Assembly (NCBI GenBank): GCA_946478525.1
Contig: CAMLCH010000006.1
Coordinates: 22,210 to 86,209, forward strand
From: Snodgrassella alvi
GTDB lineage: Bacteria > Pseudomonadota > Gammaproteobacteria > Burkholderiales > Neisseriaceae
Reading direction: 5' to 3'
DNA: 64,000 nt
Of the stretch, positions 41,489 to 50,643 are shown piece after piece (position 1 is the first letter of the stretch; each line of letters starts with the position of its first letter). A program made the position numbers and the translations under genes. The notes below the pieces were generated by a model. That model searched no databases. It was given only the letters and a program-made list of their open reading frames with translations, and was not told the origin of the DNA.

Positions 41489-42832
41489 ATGGTTAAGAAG
41501 TATTTCGGTACAGATGGTGTGCGTGGTGAGGTTGGAACATATCCGATAACGCCTGAATTTGTGCTGAAACTGGCTTATGCTGCCGGACATGTGTTGGTGC
41601 AGCATGGCTTAGACCATCAGCCTACAGTATTAATTGGAAAAGATACTCGTATTTCGGGTTATATGTTAGAGGCAGCGATGGAGGCTGGTTTTACTGCTGC
41701 CGGAGTGAATGTACTGTTAACAGGCCCTTTACCTACTCCTGGAGTAGCTTATCTCACCAGAGCATTACGATTGGATTGTGGCGTGATGATATCTGCTTCA
41801 CATAATGCTTTTCATGATAACGGGATTAAATTTTTTGCTGAGGGTGGCGTTAAGCTTAGTGATGAGTTGGAACTGGAAATAGAAGCAGAGCTGGATAAGC
41901 CAATGCAAACTGTTCCTTCGACACAGTTAGGACGAGCTCGACGGATTAATGGCGCAGTTGACCGATATATTGAATTCTGTAAATCTACTTTTCCGAATCA
42001 TTTTCATTTGCGTGGTCTGAAACTGGTAGTTGATACCGCCAATGGTGCTGCCTATGCTGTGGCGCCCAAGGTATTTCATGAGCTGGGAGCAGATGTGATC
42101 AGTATTGGTGATAAGCCAGATGGTTATAATATTAATCATAAAGTAGGCGCCACTTATATAAAATCTTTGCAGGCTGCTGTATTACAAAACGAAGCTGATT
42201 ATGGCATTGCACTGGATGGCGACGGTGACCGGTTAATGATGGTCGATAAGGTTGGCAAGGTTTATGATGGTGATGCGCTGATTTATATTATTGCTAAAGC
42301 ACGTGCCCATGCGGGTACACTGAGCGGTGGTGTTGTCGGTACTGTAATGACAAATCTGGCTATGGAGCAGGCTTTTACACGCGCCAATATAGATTTTGTT
42401 CGTGCTAAAGTAGGTGATCGTTATGTGCTGGAACAGCTGCATCAACGTAAATGGGAGTTAGGTGGTGAAGCCTCTGGTCATATCGTTTGTCTGGATAAAC
42501 ATAATACCGGTGATGGAATTATCGCTGCATTGCAGGTATTTGCTGCTATGCAGGTTTTGCAACAGGATTTAGCCAGTATTCTTGCCGATTGGCAACCATT
42601 CCCGCAGACCATGATTAATGTCAAGATTGAAAGAGATCAGGACTGGGAAAGTATTGCCAGTCCGGTTGCAAAAGAAGTTATGGCTGAGTTAGGTGATAGT
42701 GGTCGGGTAGTGTTGCGACCTTCTGGTACTGAACCAGTTGTGCGTGTAATGGTAGAGGCAAGGCAGGCGGAAGCAGCGCAGAATGCCGCTGAAAAAATTG
42801 CTAATGCGATTATGGCCGGATTAGCCGGATAA
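41489..42832 (+). CDS. glmM: Phosphoglucosamine mutase
   Basis: [11 protein letters not shown]-terminus, active-site [13 protein letters not shown], and GDGDR motif. ATG 41489 sits behind a ggagagg RBS. Confidence 0.95.
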   Translation: MVKKYFGTDGVRGEVGTYPITPEFVLKLAYAAGHVLVQHGLDHQPTVLIGKDTRISGYMLEAAMEAGFTAAGVNVLLTGPLPTPGVAYLTRALRLDCGVMISASHNAFHDNGIKFFAEGGVKLSDELELEIEAELDKPMQTVPSTQLGRARRINGAVDRYIEFCKSTFPNHFHLRGLKLVVDTANGAAYAVAPKVFHELGADVISIGDKPDGYNINHKVGATYIKSLQAAVLQNEADYGIALDGDGDRLMMVDKVGKVYDGDALIYIIAKARAHAGTLSGGVVGTVMTNLAMEQAFTRANIDFVRAKVGDRYVLEQLHQRKWELGGEASGHIVCLDKHNTGDGIIAALQVFAAMQVLQQDLASILADWQPFPQTMINVKIERDQDWESIASPVAKEVMAELGDSGRVVLRPSGTEPVVRVMVEARQAEAAQNAAEKIANAIMAGLAG

Positions 42833-42868
42833 TCTGTTGCTAAGAGATAAGAGAAAGACAGGCATAAT

Positions 42869-43540
42869 ATGTTTGCTTTGTTAGAAGCTTTTTTTACTCA
42901 ATATGGCTATATAGCAGTTTTTTTTGTGTTGGTCATATGTGGTTTCGGAATACCCATTCCTGAAGATGTGACTTTGGTGGCAGGTGGTGTGATCGCCGGT
43001 TTGGGTCATGCTAATGCGCATATTATGTTTGCTGTTGGTATGGCTGGTGTACTAACCGGTGATAGTCTGATGTTTGTTTTAGGTAGATTATACGGCGACC
43101 GCATTCTTAAGTTCAGGTTTGTGCAGCGACTATTAACACCACAGCGATATGCACAGGTACAGGATAAATTTAGTCGTTATGGTAATCGGGTTTTATTTGT
43201 CGGTCGATTCTTGCCCGGATTACGTGCTCCGATATTTCTTACCGCAGGGATTAGTGGAAATGTTTCAGCATTAAAGTTTTTTGCGATGGATACATTAGCG
43301 GCGTTAATATCAGTGCCGGTCTGGATCTATCTGGGAGAATACGGAGCAGAGAACGTTGACTGGCTAATGCATAAAGTACACCAGTTTCAAGCCGGTTTGT
43401 ATGTTGCTCTTTTCATTGTTGCTTTAATTGTTTTTTATTACTGGCGAAAAAAACGCCAGCGCTCTCTATTTTTTAAGAATAAAATTGCGGAAATCCGTCA
43501 GGCTCGTTCTGATAGAATGAATAAAAAAGAAGATGCTTAA
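42869..43540 (+). CDS. DedA-family inner-membrane protein
   Basis: Polytopic protein with the characteristic GRFLPGLRAPIFLTAG motif of the DedA/SNARE-associated family. Confidence 0.8.
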   Translation: MFALLEAFFTQYGYIAVFFVLVICGFGIPIPEDVTLVAGGVIAGLGHANAHIMFAVGMAGVLTGDSLMFVLGRLYGDRILKFRFVQRLLTPQRYAQVQDKFSRYGNRVLFVGRFLPGLRAPIFLTAGISGNVSALKFFAMDTLAALISVPVWIYLGEYGAENVDWLMHKVHQFQAGLYVALFIVALIVFYYWRKKRQRSLFFKNKIAEIRQARSDRMNKKEDA

Positions 43541-43583
43541 TAGTTAAATCATTAACGCCGGATATATTTTACTTACTTATAAG

Positions 43584-43615
43584 AAAAGACAATTCGAAGA
43601 TTGTCTTTTTTATTT
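43584..43615. terminator. Bidirectional terminator between the dedA-family gene and plsY
   Basis: Stem aaaagacaat / attgtctttt with loop tcgaag. It is flanked by A and T runs on both sides. Confidence 0.6.
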
Positions 43616-43620
43616 TGTCT

Positions 43621-44223
43621 TTATTTTGTGGCACCAATTTTACTCTCTTTACCACTTAATAAATTTTTAATATTACTTTTATGACGATATAGCACCAGTA
43701 AATCAATGATAACTATTGCTATGATCCAATTGTGATGCGGTATAAACCACCAGGCAACAAACGGACTAATTAAAGTAGCAATTAAAGCGGCCAGAGAAGA
43801 TACTTTAAAGCCAAAGGCCATAATAAGCCATACGGCAGCACAAATGAGTGCTGTAGGCCATGATAAAGCCAGTAAAACACCCAGTGCAGTAGCTACGCCT
43901 TTACCACCCTTGAATTTAAAAAATAGTGGCCACATATGCCCTACTAATACAGCCACAGCAACTATTGCAATGGTATTGTTATCTAGTTGCCATGCAAATT
44001 GGTAATAACTGGCCAGCCAGACTGCTAGCCAACCTTTTAAGGCATCTCCCAATAGTGTTAATGCAGCTGCACTTTTACGCCCTGAGCGCAATACATTGGT
44101 GGCGCCGGGATTACCTGAGCCATAGCTATGCGGATCTGGCATGCCCATACAACGGGAGACAATGACAGCAAAAGACAGGGAACCAAGTAAATAGGCACCG
44201 ATAATTGCTAAGTAGTTCGACAT
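43621..44223 (-). CDS. plsY: Glycerol-3-phosphate acyltransferase PlsY
   Basis: SGNPGATNVLR and FKGGKGVAT motifs in a polytopic protein of about 200 aa. Confidence 0.9.
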   Translation of the reverse strand: MSNYLAIIGAYLLGSLSFAVIVSRCMGMPDPHSYGSGNPGATNVLRSGRKSAAALTLLGDALKGWLAVWLASYYQFAWQLDNNTIAIVAVAVLVGHMWPLFFKFKGGKGVATALGVLLALSWPTALICAAVWLIMAFGFKVSSLAALIATLISPFVAWWFIPHHNWIIAIVIIDLLVLYRHKSNIKNLLSGKESKIGATK

Positions 44224-44281
44224 AGAGCTGGATCTTTAGTCTACAATTTCAAAATTAACATTTTAACTGAGCAGGTGAGAC

Positions 44282-44641
44282 ATGGATACTATCTTTTTGC
44301 ATGGTCTGAAAGCTGAGACATTGATTGGTGTATATGAATGGGAGCGTCAGCAGCAGCAAAGTTTAATATTTGATATTGATATTGGTACTGATTTTCAAAC
44401 TTCAGCACTGAGCGATGATATTGCCGATACCATTCACTACGCGCAGGTGGCCGACGATCTGCGTACAGATTTGGCTACGCAGAAATTTTTATTGCTAGAA
44501 ACGCTGGCTGAATATGTAGCGCAGTTTATACTGACGCGATATCAGGCCGAAGCAGTTAAAGTAAAAGTCGTCAAACCCGGTATTTTGCCGGCGGTTAACG
44601 AAGTAGGTGTGATGATTGAACGCTACCGAAAAAGCCAATAA
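44282..44641 (+). CDS. folB: Dihydroneopterin aldolase
   Basis: 119 aa with the N-terminus MDTIFLHGLKAETLIGVYEWER, typical of FolB. Confidence 0.85.
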   Translation: MDTIFLHGLKAETLIGVYEWERQQQQSLIFDIDIGTDFQTSALSDDIADTIHYAQVADDLRTDLATQKFLLLETLAEYVAQFILTRYQAEAVKVKVVKPGILPAVNEVGVMIERYRKSQ

Positions 44642-44673
44642 ATACCAACTGGACGAAATGGAGGGCAGGAAAG

Positions 44674-45291
44674 ATGAAACATCCGGTAATGACGGTTGCT
44701 CAAATGAAACATTGGGAAGCTGAACAAGATCGTCAAGGTTTCAGTTATGCACGAATGATGGAAAATGCCGGCAGTCGAGCAGCTATGGATATGGTACGGC
44801 GATTTGCCCAACAGGAAGTGCTGGTGCTGTGCGGTAAAGGTAATAATGCTGGTGACGGGCTGGTACTTGCACGGATATTGGCAAGCAAGGGTTGGCCTGT
44901 GAATGTGATGTGGTTACAGGGACAGCAACTTTCTGTTTTGGCAGAGGCTAATCGTTTGCAATTGCCTTCCGAAATACAAATAGTGTCTGTAGATAAGCTG
45001 ACTAACTGCTTATCTTCGGTAGGTATGGTGGTGGATGCTGTTTATGGAACCGGGTTTCACAGCTCTTTATCACCAGTTATCCAGCAATGTTTTGCTGCTG
45101 TGGGCAAAAGCAAAAGTTATAAAATAGCACTGGATATGCCTAGTGGTGTTGGTGGTGATGGTGGAATCATTGCCGATGGTTGTTTTCAGGCACAATTAAC
45201 CTATGTTTTTCAAGCATTAAAACCCGCACATTGTCTGCCAGAAGTGCAGGCATTATGTGGAGAAATTAAGTGTGTTGATTTACTGGATTAG
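44674..45291 (+). CDS. NAD(P)H-hydrate epimerase domain protein (YjeF N-terminal domain only)
   Basis: CGKGNNAGDGLVLARIL, VDAVYGTGF and ALDMPSGV motifs of the YjeF_N/NnrE domain. The ORF stops where the dehydratase domain would begin in fused Nnr proteins. Confidence 0.75.
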   Translation: MKHPVMTVAQMKHWEAEQDRQGFSYARMMENAGSRAAMDMVRRFAQQEVLVLCGKGNNAGDGLVLARILASKGWPVNVMWLQGQQLSVLAEANRLQLPSEIQIVSVDKLTNCLSSVGMVVDAVYGTGFHSSLSPVIQQCFAAVGKSKSYKIALDMPSGVGGDGGIIADGCFQAQLTYVFQALKPAHCLPEVQALCGEIKCVDLLD

Positions 45292-45705
45292 TAGGGATAG
45301 TGTTGATAATGATCACAATATAACTCAGCAAGCACGTTAGCAAAGATGTTTTTGAGTGTGAAAACGCTATGAAGGTGTATTAAATCATGAACTAATAGGT
45401 TAGATAAGATTTTAACTATAAAATAATCAAAACAACGAACCATTATCATGCGGGAAATTTAACAAAAATAAGCCATATAAATGTTTATAAAGATTTTATT
45501 GTGATAATTAAGGAGTGATAGCCAAATAACTAGGTATTGGAAAAGCCAGCAGGTTATCAATCAGAAATGTTGGCGTATCATCATATCTCTTAGCAATATA
45601 CTATATTTTAAGGAGGTGTAAAATTCACTTTATAATATATAGTCTTACCAAGTTTAATTTTTAAACTATGGTTTATGCTTATTTGGAATATATTTGGAAG
45701 ATAAT

Positions 45706-46644
45706 ATGGATACATTAAGTTTCTCTTTGGATAATCTAAAACGAAGAATTTATGACCCTAAAACACGTAAGAATTTTGATGAAATCTATAAATGCTATGT
45801 TAATGGATGCTGCCGTTCAGCTATGGTGATGTTATGGTCAGTAGTTGTGTGTGATTTATTATTTAAATTACAAGAAATGATAGATATTTATTCAGACAAA
45901 CCTTCTAAGGAAATAATAAATGATATCAAAGAGGAACAAGTTAAAAACCCATATTCATCTGTATGGGAAAAGCACATTTTAGAAAAGGTTCACAATAAAA
46001 CACAGTTACTAGATACCGCCTCAAAAGAAATACTGAATAATATAATGAAAATCAGGAATATGTGTGCTCATCCAGTTTTAAATGATAATAATCAATTGTA
46101 TGAACCTACAGCCGATTTGACTAGAGGTTATATTATAGATAGTGTGAATTATTTATTAGCAAAACCCCCATTTCTTTCCCAAAAAATAACATCTACACTT
46201 TTAAAAGATATAGAGAGTATTAAAAATATTTTTCCAGATGATAAATCATTTAAGATATATTTAAATTCAAAGTATTTTAGTGCTTTAAGAGGTGATGATG
46301 TAGCAAAAGTATTCCGAGATTTGTGGAGAATAGTGTTTAATAAAAATAATGACGATACCATTAAAAATCGAGATATCAATTACAGAGCATTAATTATTTT
46401 ATATGATAAAGAAAAAAATATTATTAATGACGAAATACAGCAAAATCAATCAATATATTCAAATATATTAACTGACGACGATATTATTGAAAAACTGATT
46501 TTATTTTTATCCATAAAACCCATGATATACCGAGCGTTAAGTACGGCAACACAACAGATTATACGTAAGGCATGTGAAGTTAGTCTGAATAATTTTGCCG
46601 TAGCATTTTTTTTATCAGAATCAGAACACCAGAAAATCATTTAA
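45706..46644 (+). CDS. Hypothetical protein with an Rx4H (HEPN-like) signature; reading frame ends just after a T8 tract
   Basis: The alpha-helical N-terminal ~150 aa end in NNIMKIRNMCAHPVLND (an R-N-x3-H motif). The gene is very AT-rich and lies in an island between core genes. ATG 45706 is preferred over TTG 45694. Confidence 0.55.
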   Translation: MDTLSFSLDNLKRRIYDPKTRKNFDEIYKCYVNGCCRSAMVMLWSVVVCDLLFKLQEMIDIYSDKPSKEIINDIKEEQVKNPYSSVWEKHILEKVHNKTQLLDTASKEILNNIMKIRNMCAHPVLNDNNQLYEPTADLTRGYIIDSVNYLLAKPPFLSQKITSTLLKDIESIKNIFPDDKSFKIYLNSKYFSALRGDDVAKVFRDLWRIVFNKNNDDTIKNRDINYRALIILYDKEKNIINDEIQQNQSIYSNILTDDDIIEKLILFLSIKPMIYRALSTATQQIIRKACEVSLNNFAVAFFLSESEHQKII

Positions 46645-47033
46645 AAGATGTTATTGGGAAGATAAAGTCAAGCTCCATTGATCAGTTTAAGAATACTATT
46701 ATTGGTGAACAACAATTTAAATTAATAGAAAATATATGTTTAGAACTAGGCCGACTTGATATATACAGGGAATTAAGGATAATGTATTACGTTATTAGTT
46801 CTTCATTTTATGAAGCTGATCATCGCTTTTCTGAATGTATTGAACCATATTCAGATAGTTACACTGAACAAGAATTGATTATATTGTTAGAGGGTATTAA
46901 CTCTAATAGCCAAATTTATGGAAGAGGCAATTTTAGTGATGATGATAAAATAGTTATCGAAAAAGCTATGCAAAAATATCCTAACATATCATTAATGAAC
47001 TATGATAATTTAAAAAATAGATTAGATATTTAA
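46593..47033 (+). pseudogene. Downstream reading frame, likely the detached C-terminal part of the HEPN-like gene
   Basis: My translation shows the frame open from 46593, 189 nt upstream of its first ATG at 46782. It overlaps the end of the upstream ORF across the T8 tract. Confidence 0.5.
46606..46613 (+). repeat. T8 homopolymer at the junction of two overlapping reading frames
   Basis: Counted directly from ...gtagcattttttttatcag.... A ninth T would fuse ORF 45706-46644 to the frame that runs 46593-47033. Confidence 0.9.
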
Positions 47034-47641
47034 TTATTTGTAGGATTTTTATTCTAAATTAATGAAGGATATTATTATTTTTGTATGATATTTGAAGCAT
47101 CACTTATTGTCTATAATTAGTATTTATGTAAATATAATCTCTAATTTATTCCAAATTAATCAGCCATGTCCAAATTTTTTTATTTTATAAAATTAGTTAT
47201 GATGGCAGAGAGTTTTTATTTAGAATCCCCGATAATGGGATGAAGTTTGATAAAAACTGAGCTGATATTTTATTTTTCAGCAAGGAAAATGCTGTGCAAA
47301 TGACAGGAAAACACGGGTTTTAATAAATCAATATTTGACTGGATAGATGAAAATCATCATTTATCTGATAAGGAAGTATAATATCTTTTAGATGGAATTA
47401 AATCATAATTGCAAATTAGGCGTTTAGATATCTTTATTCAAACGCATTATCAATAACTGTGCAAATGATTTGTTATAAATAATCCAGATTGATAATTTTT
47501 AAAATAGATTAATTTTTATATTATACTTAGTTAATATAACTATTTTTGCTGCGTTTGTATTATCTGAATATCACATTGTCTTGGCTCTGATAGTGGAGAT
47601 ATTTTTGACTTACCTGACGGGGCTGCGAATCATGATTGGTA

Positions 47642-47956
47642 ATGGATATGGACAAATCAGAGTTTTCTCATGAGCAACTAGTTGAGATTAACCAGAGAGC
47701 TAATGAATTAGGTAAGGCTCTTGATCAATTTGCTCTTGATCTACGACATAAATATCATTTTTACCCTGATCTAACTGTTCATGCATGTGGAACAGCTTTA
47801 GGTAATATGATTAACATAAATATGCTTGTCTATCATCTGTGTCCTGAATTAGCACCACCATATTTACATGATACTGATTATTCCGTTGTTGTTGAAAGGA
47901 TCAAACAAGAAAAACAAGAGTTTGATAATGAGATAGCGCGATATGAACAGAAATAA
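47642..47956 (+). CDS. Hypothetical protein of about 104 aa
   Basis: ORF with ATG at 47642 (the track starts at TTG 47636), followed by a hairpin and T run. I recognise no motif. Confidence 0.4.
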   Translation: MDMDKSEFSHEQLVEINQRANELGKALDQFALDLRHKYHFYPDLTVHACGTALGNMININMLVYHLCPELAPPYLHDTDYSVVVERIKQEKQEFDNEIARYEQK

Positions 47957-47980
47957 GCTGCAAAATCTTTGTGAAATTAA

Positions 47981-48008
47981 AAAAAGCCCCAAACGAGGCT
48001 TTTTTTGT
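47981..48008 (+). terminator. Terminator-like hairpin (aaaaagcc / ggcttttt)
   Basis: A short GC core flanked by an A run and a T run, directly after ORF 47642-47956. Confidence 0.5.
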
Positions 48009-48259
48009 TTAGCTTACAGTCTATGACTTAATAGCGCTTTAGCATGTACCATAAAATTTAATAGCTCGTTTATGATACAGACAGCTTGTAATGGTTCTAG
48101 CGCCCCTGTTTCAAGCCACATTTTATCTTCTGCCAGAAAGAGCAGGCAGCGGCATAAGCACTATAACTAATACCTTGCATGCTAATATAATTAAAGCAGC
48201 TATTTTAAGATTTAATTATCTAGTTAGTTAGTTTTAATCATTGTGCTAATCACAATTAA

Positions 48260-49645
48260 TTATAATGTCCGCGAATAATGCGCTGCAGTTCGTTTCTGGC
48301 GTAAATAATAATCAAATATCATCGCAATGTTACGAATAAGCAGCCTTCCTTTCGGGGTAACATGTAATTTATCTGTGCTCAGTTCCACTAAACCTAGTTG
48401 TGCCAGTTGTTTCAGATCAGTCATTTCAGCAGCAAAATAATGCTGGAATGGTTGTGGAAGTATAGTGGTGTAATCCAGATAATTTAGTTCAAAATGGCAC
48501 ATTAAATCTTGGATAACGCGCCGGCGTAATAAGTCATCTGCATTAAGTTGATAACCTCGCAGAACAGGCAGGCGGTTTTCATCTAGGGCTTGATAGTAGG
48601 CGTTTAATTCTTTTTCATTCTGGCTGTAAATATTGGCAATTTTGCCGATACTGGATACGCCGATAGCAATTAAATCGCAGTCGGCATGAGTCGAATACCC
48701 TTGAAAATTGCGTTGCAGGCGATTTTCTGCCAGTGCGATAGCCAGCTCATCTTCCGGTTTGGCAAAATGATCCATACCAATAAATATATAACCATTTTCC
48801 AACAGGTAATGAATGGTATTTTGTAATATATCCAGTTTGGTTGTGCTATCAGGTACAGCTGCGGTATCGATACGACGTTGAGGTTTAAATAAATGTGGCA
48901 GATGTGCGTAGTGATACATGGCAATACGGTCAGGCTGTAAATCCACTATATGTTGTAGTGTTTCCTGCATGGAAGATTCGCTCTGGTGGGGAAGACCATA
49001 AATTAAATCCACGCTAATAGAATGGAAACCATTGTCACGCGCCGCTACGATTACGGTTCGGGTTTCAGCCTCACTTTGGACGCGATTAACTGCTTTCTGG
49101 ACGATCGGATTGAAGTCCTGAATACCCACGCTCATACGGTTAAAACCCAGTTCTCCCAGAAAGGCGACAGTTTGGGCAGAAACGTTGCGTGGATCTATTT
49201 CTATTGAGTATTCACCATCTGTAGTGAAGGTGAAGTATTTACGGATTGTAGTAAAAATATGGTTTAGCTGTTCGGTATTGAGAAAGGTTGGTGTTCCTCC
49301 GCCGAAGTGCAGTTGCGCAAGCTGTGGTTTACCAATCCAGTGCTCTGCTAAAAGTGCCAGTTCTTTGTCTAAATATTGGATATAACGATCTGCTCTGGTG
49401 GTGTCTTTGGTTATAATTTTATTACAACCGCAATAATAGCAAATGGTATTGCAAAATGGGATATGCACATACAGTGATACTGGTTTGCTGCCAATATGTT
49501 GCTGTAGCTTAGCCTGTAATTGGCTAGCAGTAAATTCAGGATAAAAACGGTCAGCAGTAGGGTAGGAGGTATAACGCGGGCCTAAGGAAGGCAATGATGC
49601 GATTAAAGCGCGATCAAATTCTATGGCATATCTAAGTGTTTTCAT
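48260..49645 (-). CDS. hemN: Oxygen-independent coproporphyrinogen III oxidase (radical SAM)
   Basis: CxxxCxxC cluster FCNTICYYCGC, the HemN N-terminus (YTSYPTADRF), and a length of 461 aa. Confidence 0.9.
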   Translation of the reverse strand: MKTLRYAIEFDRALIASLPSLGPRYTSYPTADRFYPEFTASQLQAKLQQHIGSKPVSLYVHIPFCNTICYYCGCNKIITKDTTRADRYIQYLDKELALLAEHWIGKPQLAQLHFGGGTPTFLNTEQLNHIFTTIRKYFTFTTDGEYSIEIDPRNVSAQTVAFLGELGFNRMSVGIQDFNPIVQKAVNRVQSEAETRTVIVAARDNGFHSISVDLIYGLPHQSESSMQETLQHIVDLQPDRIAMYHYAHLPHLFKPQRRIDTAAVPDSTTKLDILQNTIHYLLENGYIFIGMDHFAKPEDELAIALAENRLQRNFQGYSTHADCDLIAIGVSSIGKIANIYSQNEKELNAYYQALDENRLPVLRGYQLNADDLLRRRVIQDLMCHFELNYLDYTTILPQPFQHYFAAEMTDLKQLAQLGLVELSTDKLHVTPKGRLLIRNIAMIFDYYLRQKRTAAHYSRTL

Positions 49646-49902
49646 CGGGTGTTACAGTTAATCTTTGATTGAATATAGGTGTTTAAAAGTCAGAATAATA
49701 GTTATTTGTGTTAGAATAAATACGTGTAGCTTTTTAGCTGTAACCAGGAAAAAATACTTTCAATTAAATCAGGATTGAATTGAATTTTCAATCTATTCTG
49801 CTGAAGTTAGTCATTAAACTATACATATTTGATATATATTAGAATATCAAAATAGTATATGGTTGGCAATGGATCGGTAAACTTTAGATTATTATTATTA
49901 CT

Positions 49903-50643
49903 ATGATAAAAATACACAAACAGAGTGAAATAGTACAAAATTTATGTGAAAAATGCTCTTTTCATATACTGTGCATGCCTGTAATGCTGAATGATAAAGA
50001 AATAAATGAACTCGATAGTGTGATTCGTCATAGCAGACGTTTGAAAAAGGGGGAATATCTTTTTCGCGCTGGTGAGCCTTTTCGTTCAGTATATGCCGTG
50101 CGTACGGGCTTTTTCAAAACTATTGTAAATAGTCAGGATGGTCGCGATCAGGTTACCGGATTTTTTATGTCCGGGGAGCTACTAGGGCTGGATGGTATTT
50201 GTAATAATTTTTATAGTTGTGATGCAGTCGCTCTGGAAGACAGTGAAGTATGTGAACTGCCGTTTATGAATCTTGAACACGCCGGTAGTCTGATTCCCGC
50301 AGTGCAGACACATTTTTATAAGCTGATGAGCCGGGAAATTGTGCGTAATCAGGAAATTATGCTGATGCTGGGTAATATGCGTGCGGAAGAGAGACTGGCT
50401 GCATTTTTGATGAATTTATCACAACGGTTAAACAATCGTGGTTTTGCAGCCAATGACTTTATTTTGCGCATGTCTCGTGAAGAAATAGGCAGTTATTTAG
50501 GGCTTAAGCTGGAAACGGTAAGCCGCACTTTATCTAAATTTCAACATGAAGGTTTGATTAAGGTTGAGCATAAGCATATTCAGTTGGTACAGCCATGGAT
50601 TTTGCATGAAATCGTGCTTAGTTGCCAAAAAGCAGTAGGTTGA
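49903..50643 (+). CDS. fnr: FNR/ANR-type oxygen-sensing CRP-family transcription regulator
   Basis: N-terminal Cys cluster CEKCSFHILC, a cNMP-like domain, and a C-terminal HTH (EEIGSYLGLKLETVSRTLSKF, with E--SR as in FNR). It is divergent from hemN. Confidence 0.9.
   Translation: MIKIHKQSEIVQNLCEKCSFHILCMPVMLNDKEINELDSVIRHSRRLKKGEYLFRAGEPFRSVYAVRTGFFKTIVNSQDGRDQVTGFFMSGELLGLDGICNNFYSCDAVALEDSEVCELPFMNLEHAGSLIPAVQTHFYKLMSREIVRNQEIMLMLGNMRAEERLAAFLMNLSQRLNNRGFAANDFILRMSREEIGSYLGLKLETVSRTLSKFQHEGLIKVEHKHIQLVQPWILHEIVLSCQKAVG

Noticed and set aside
47292-47468. 12-mer ctgtgcaaatga repeated at 47292-47303 and 47457-47468 inside the island spacer
   Set aside because: A rough estimate suggests a few such nearby 12-mer coincidences are expected in AT-rich DNA of this length. 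There is no further symmetry or supporting context.
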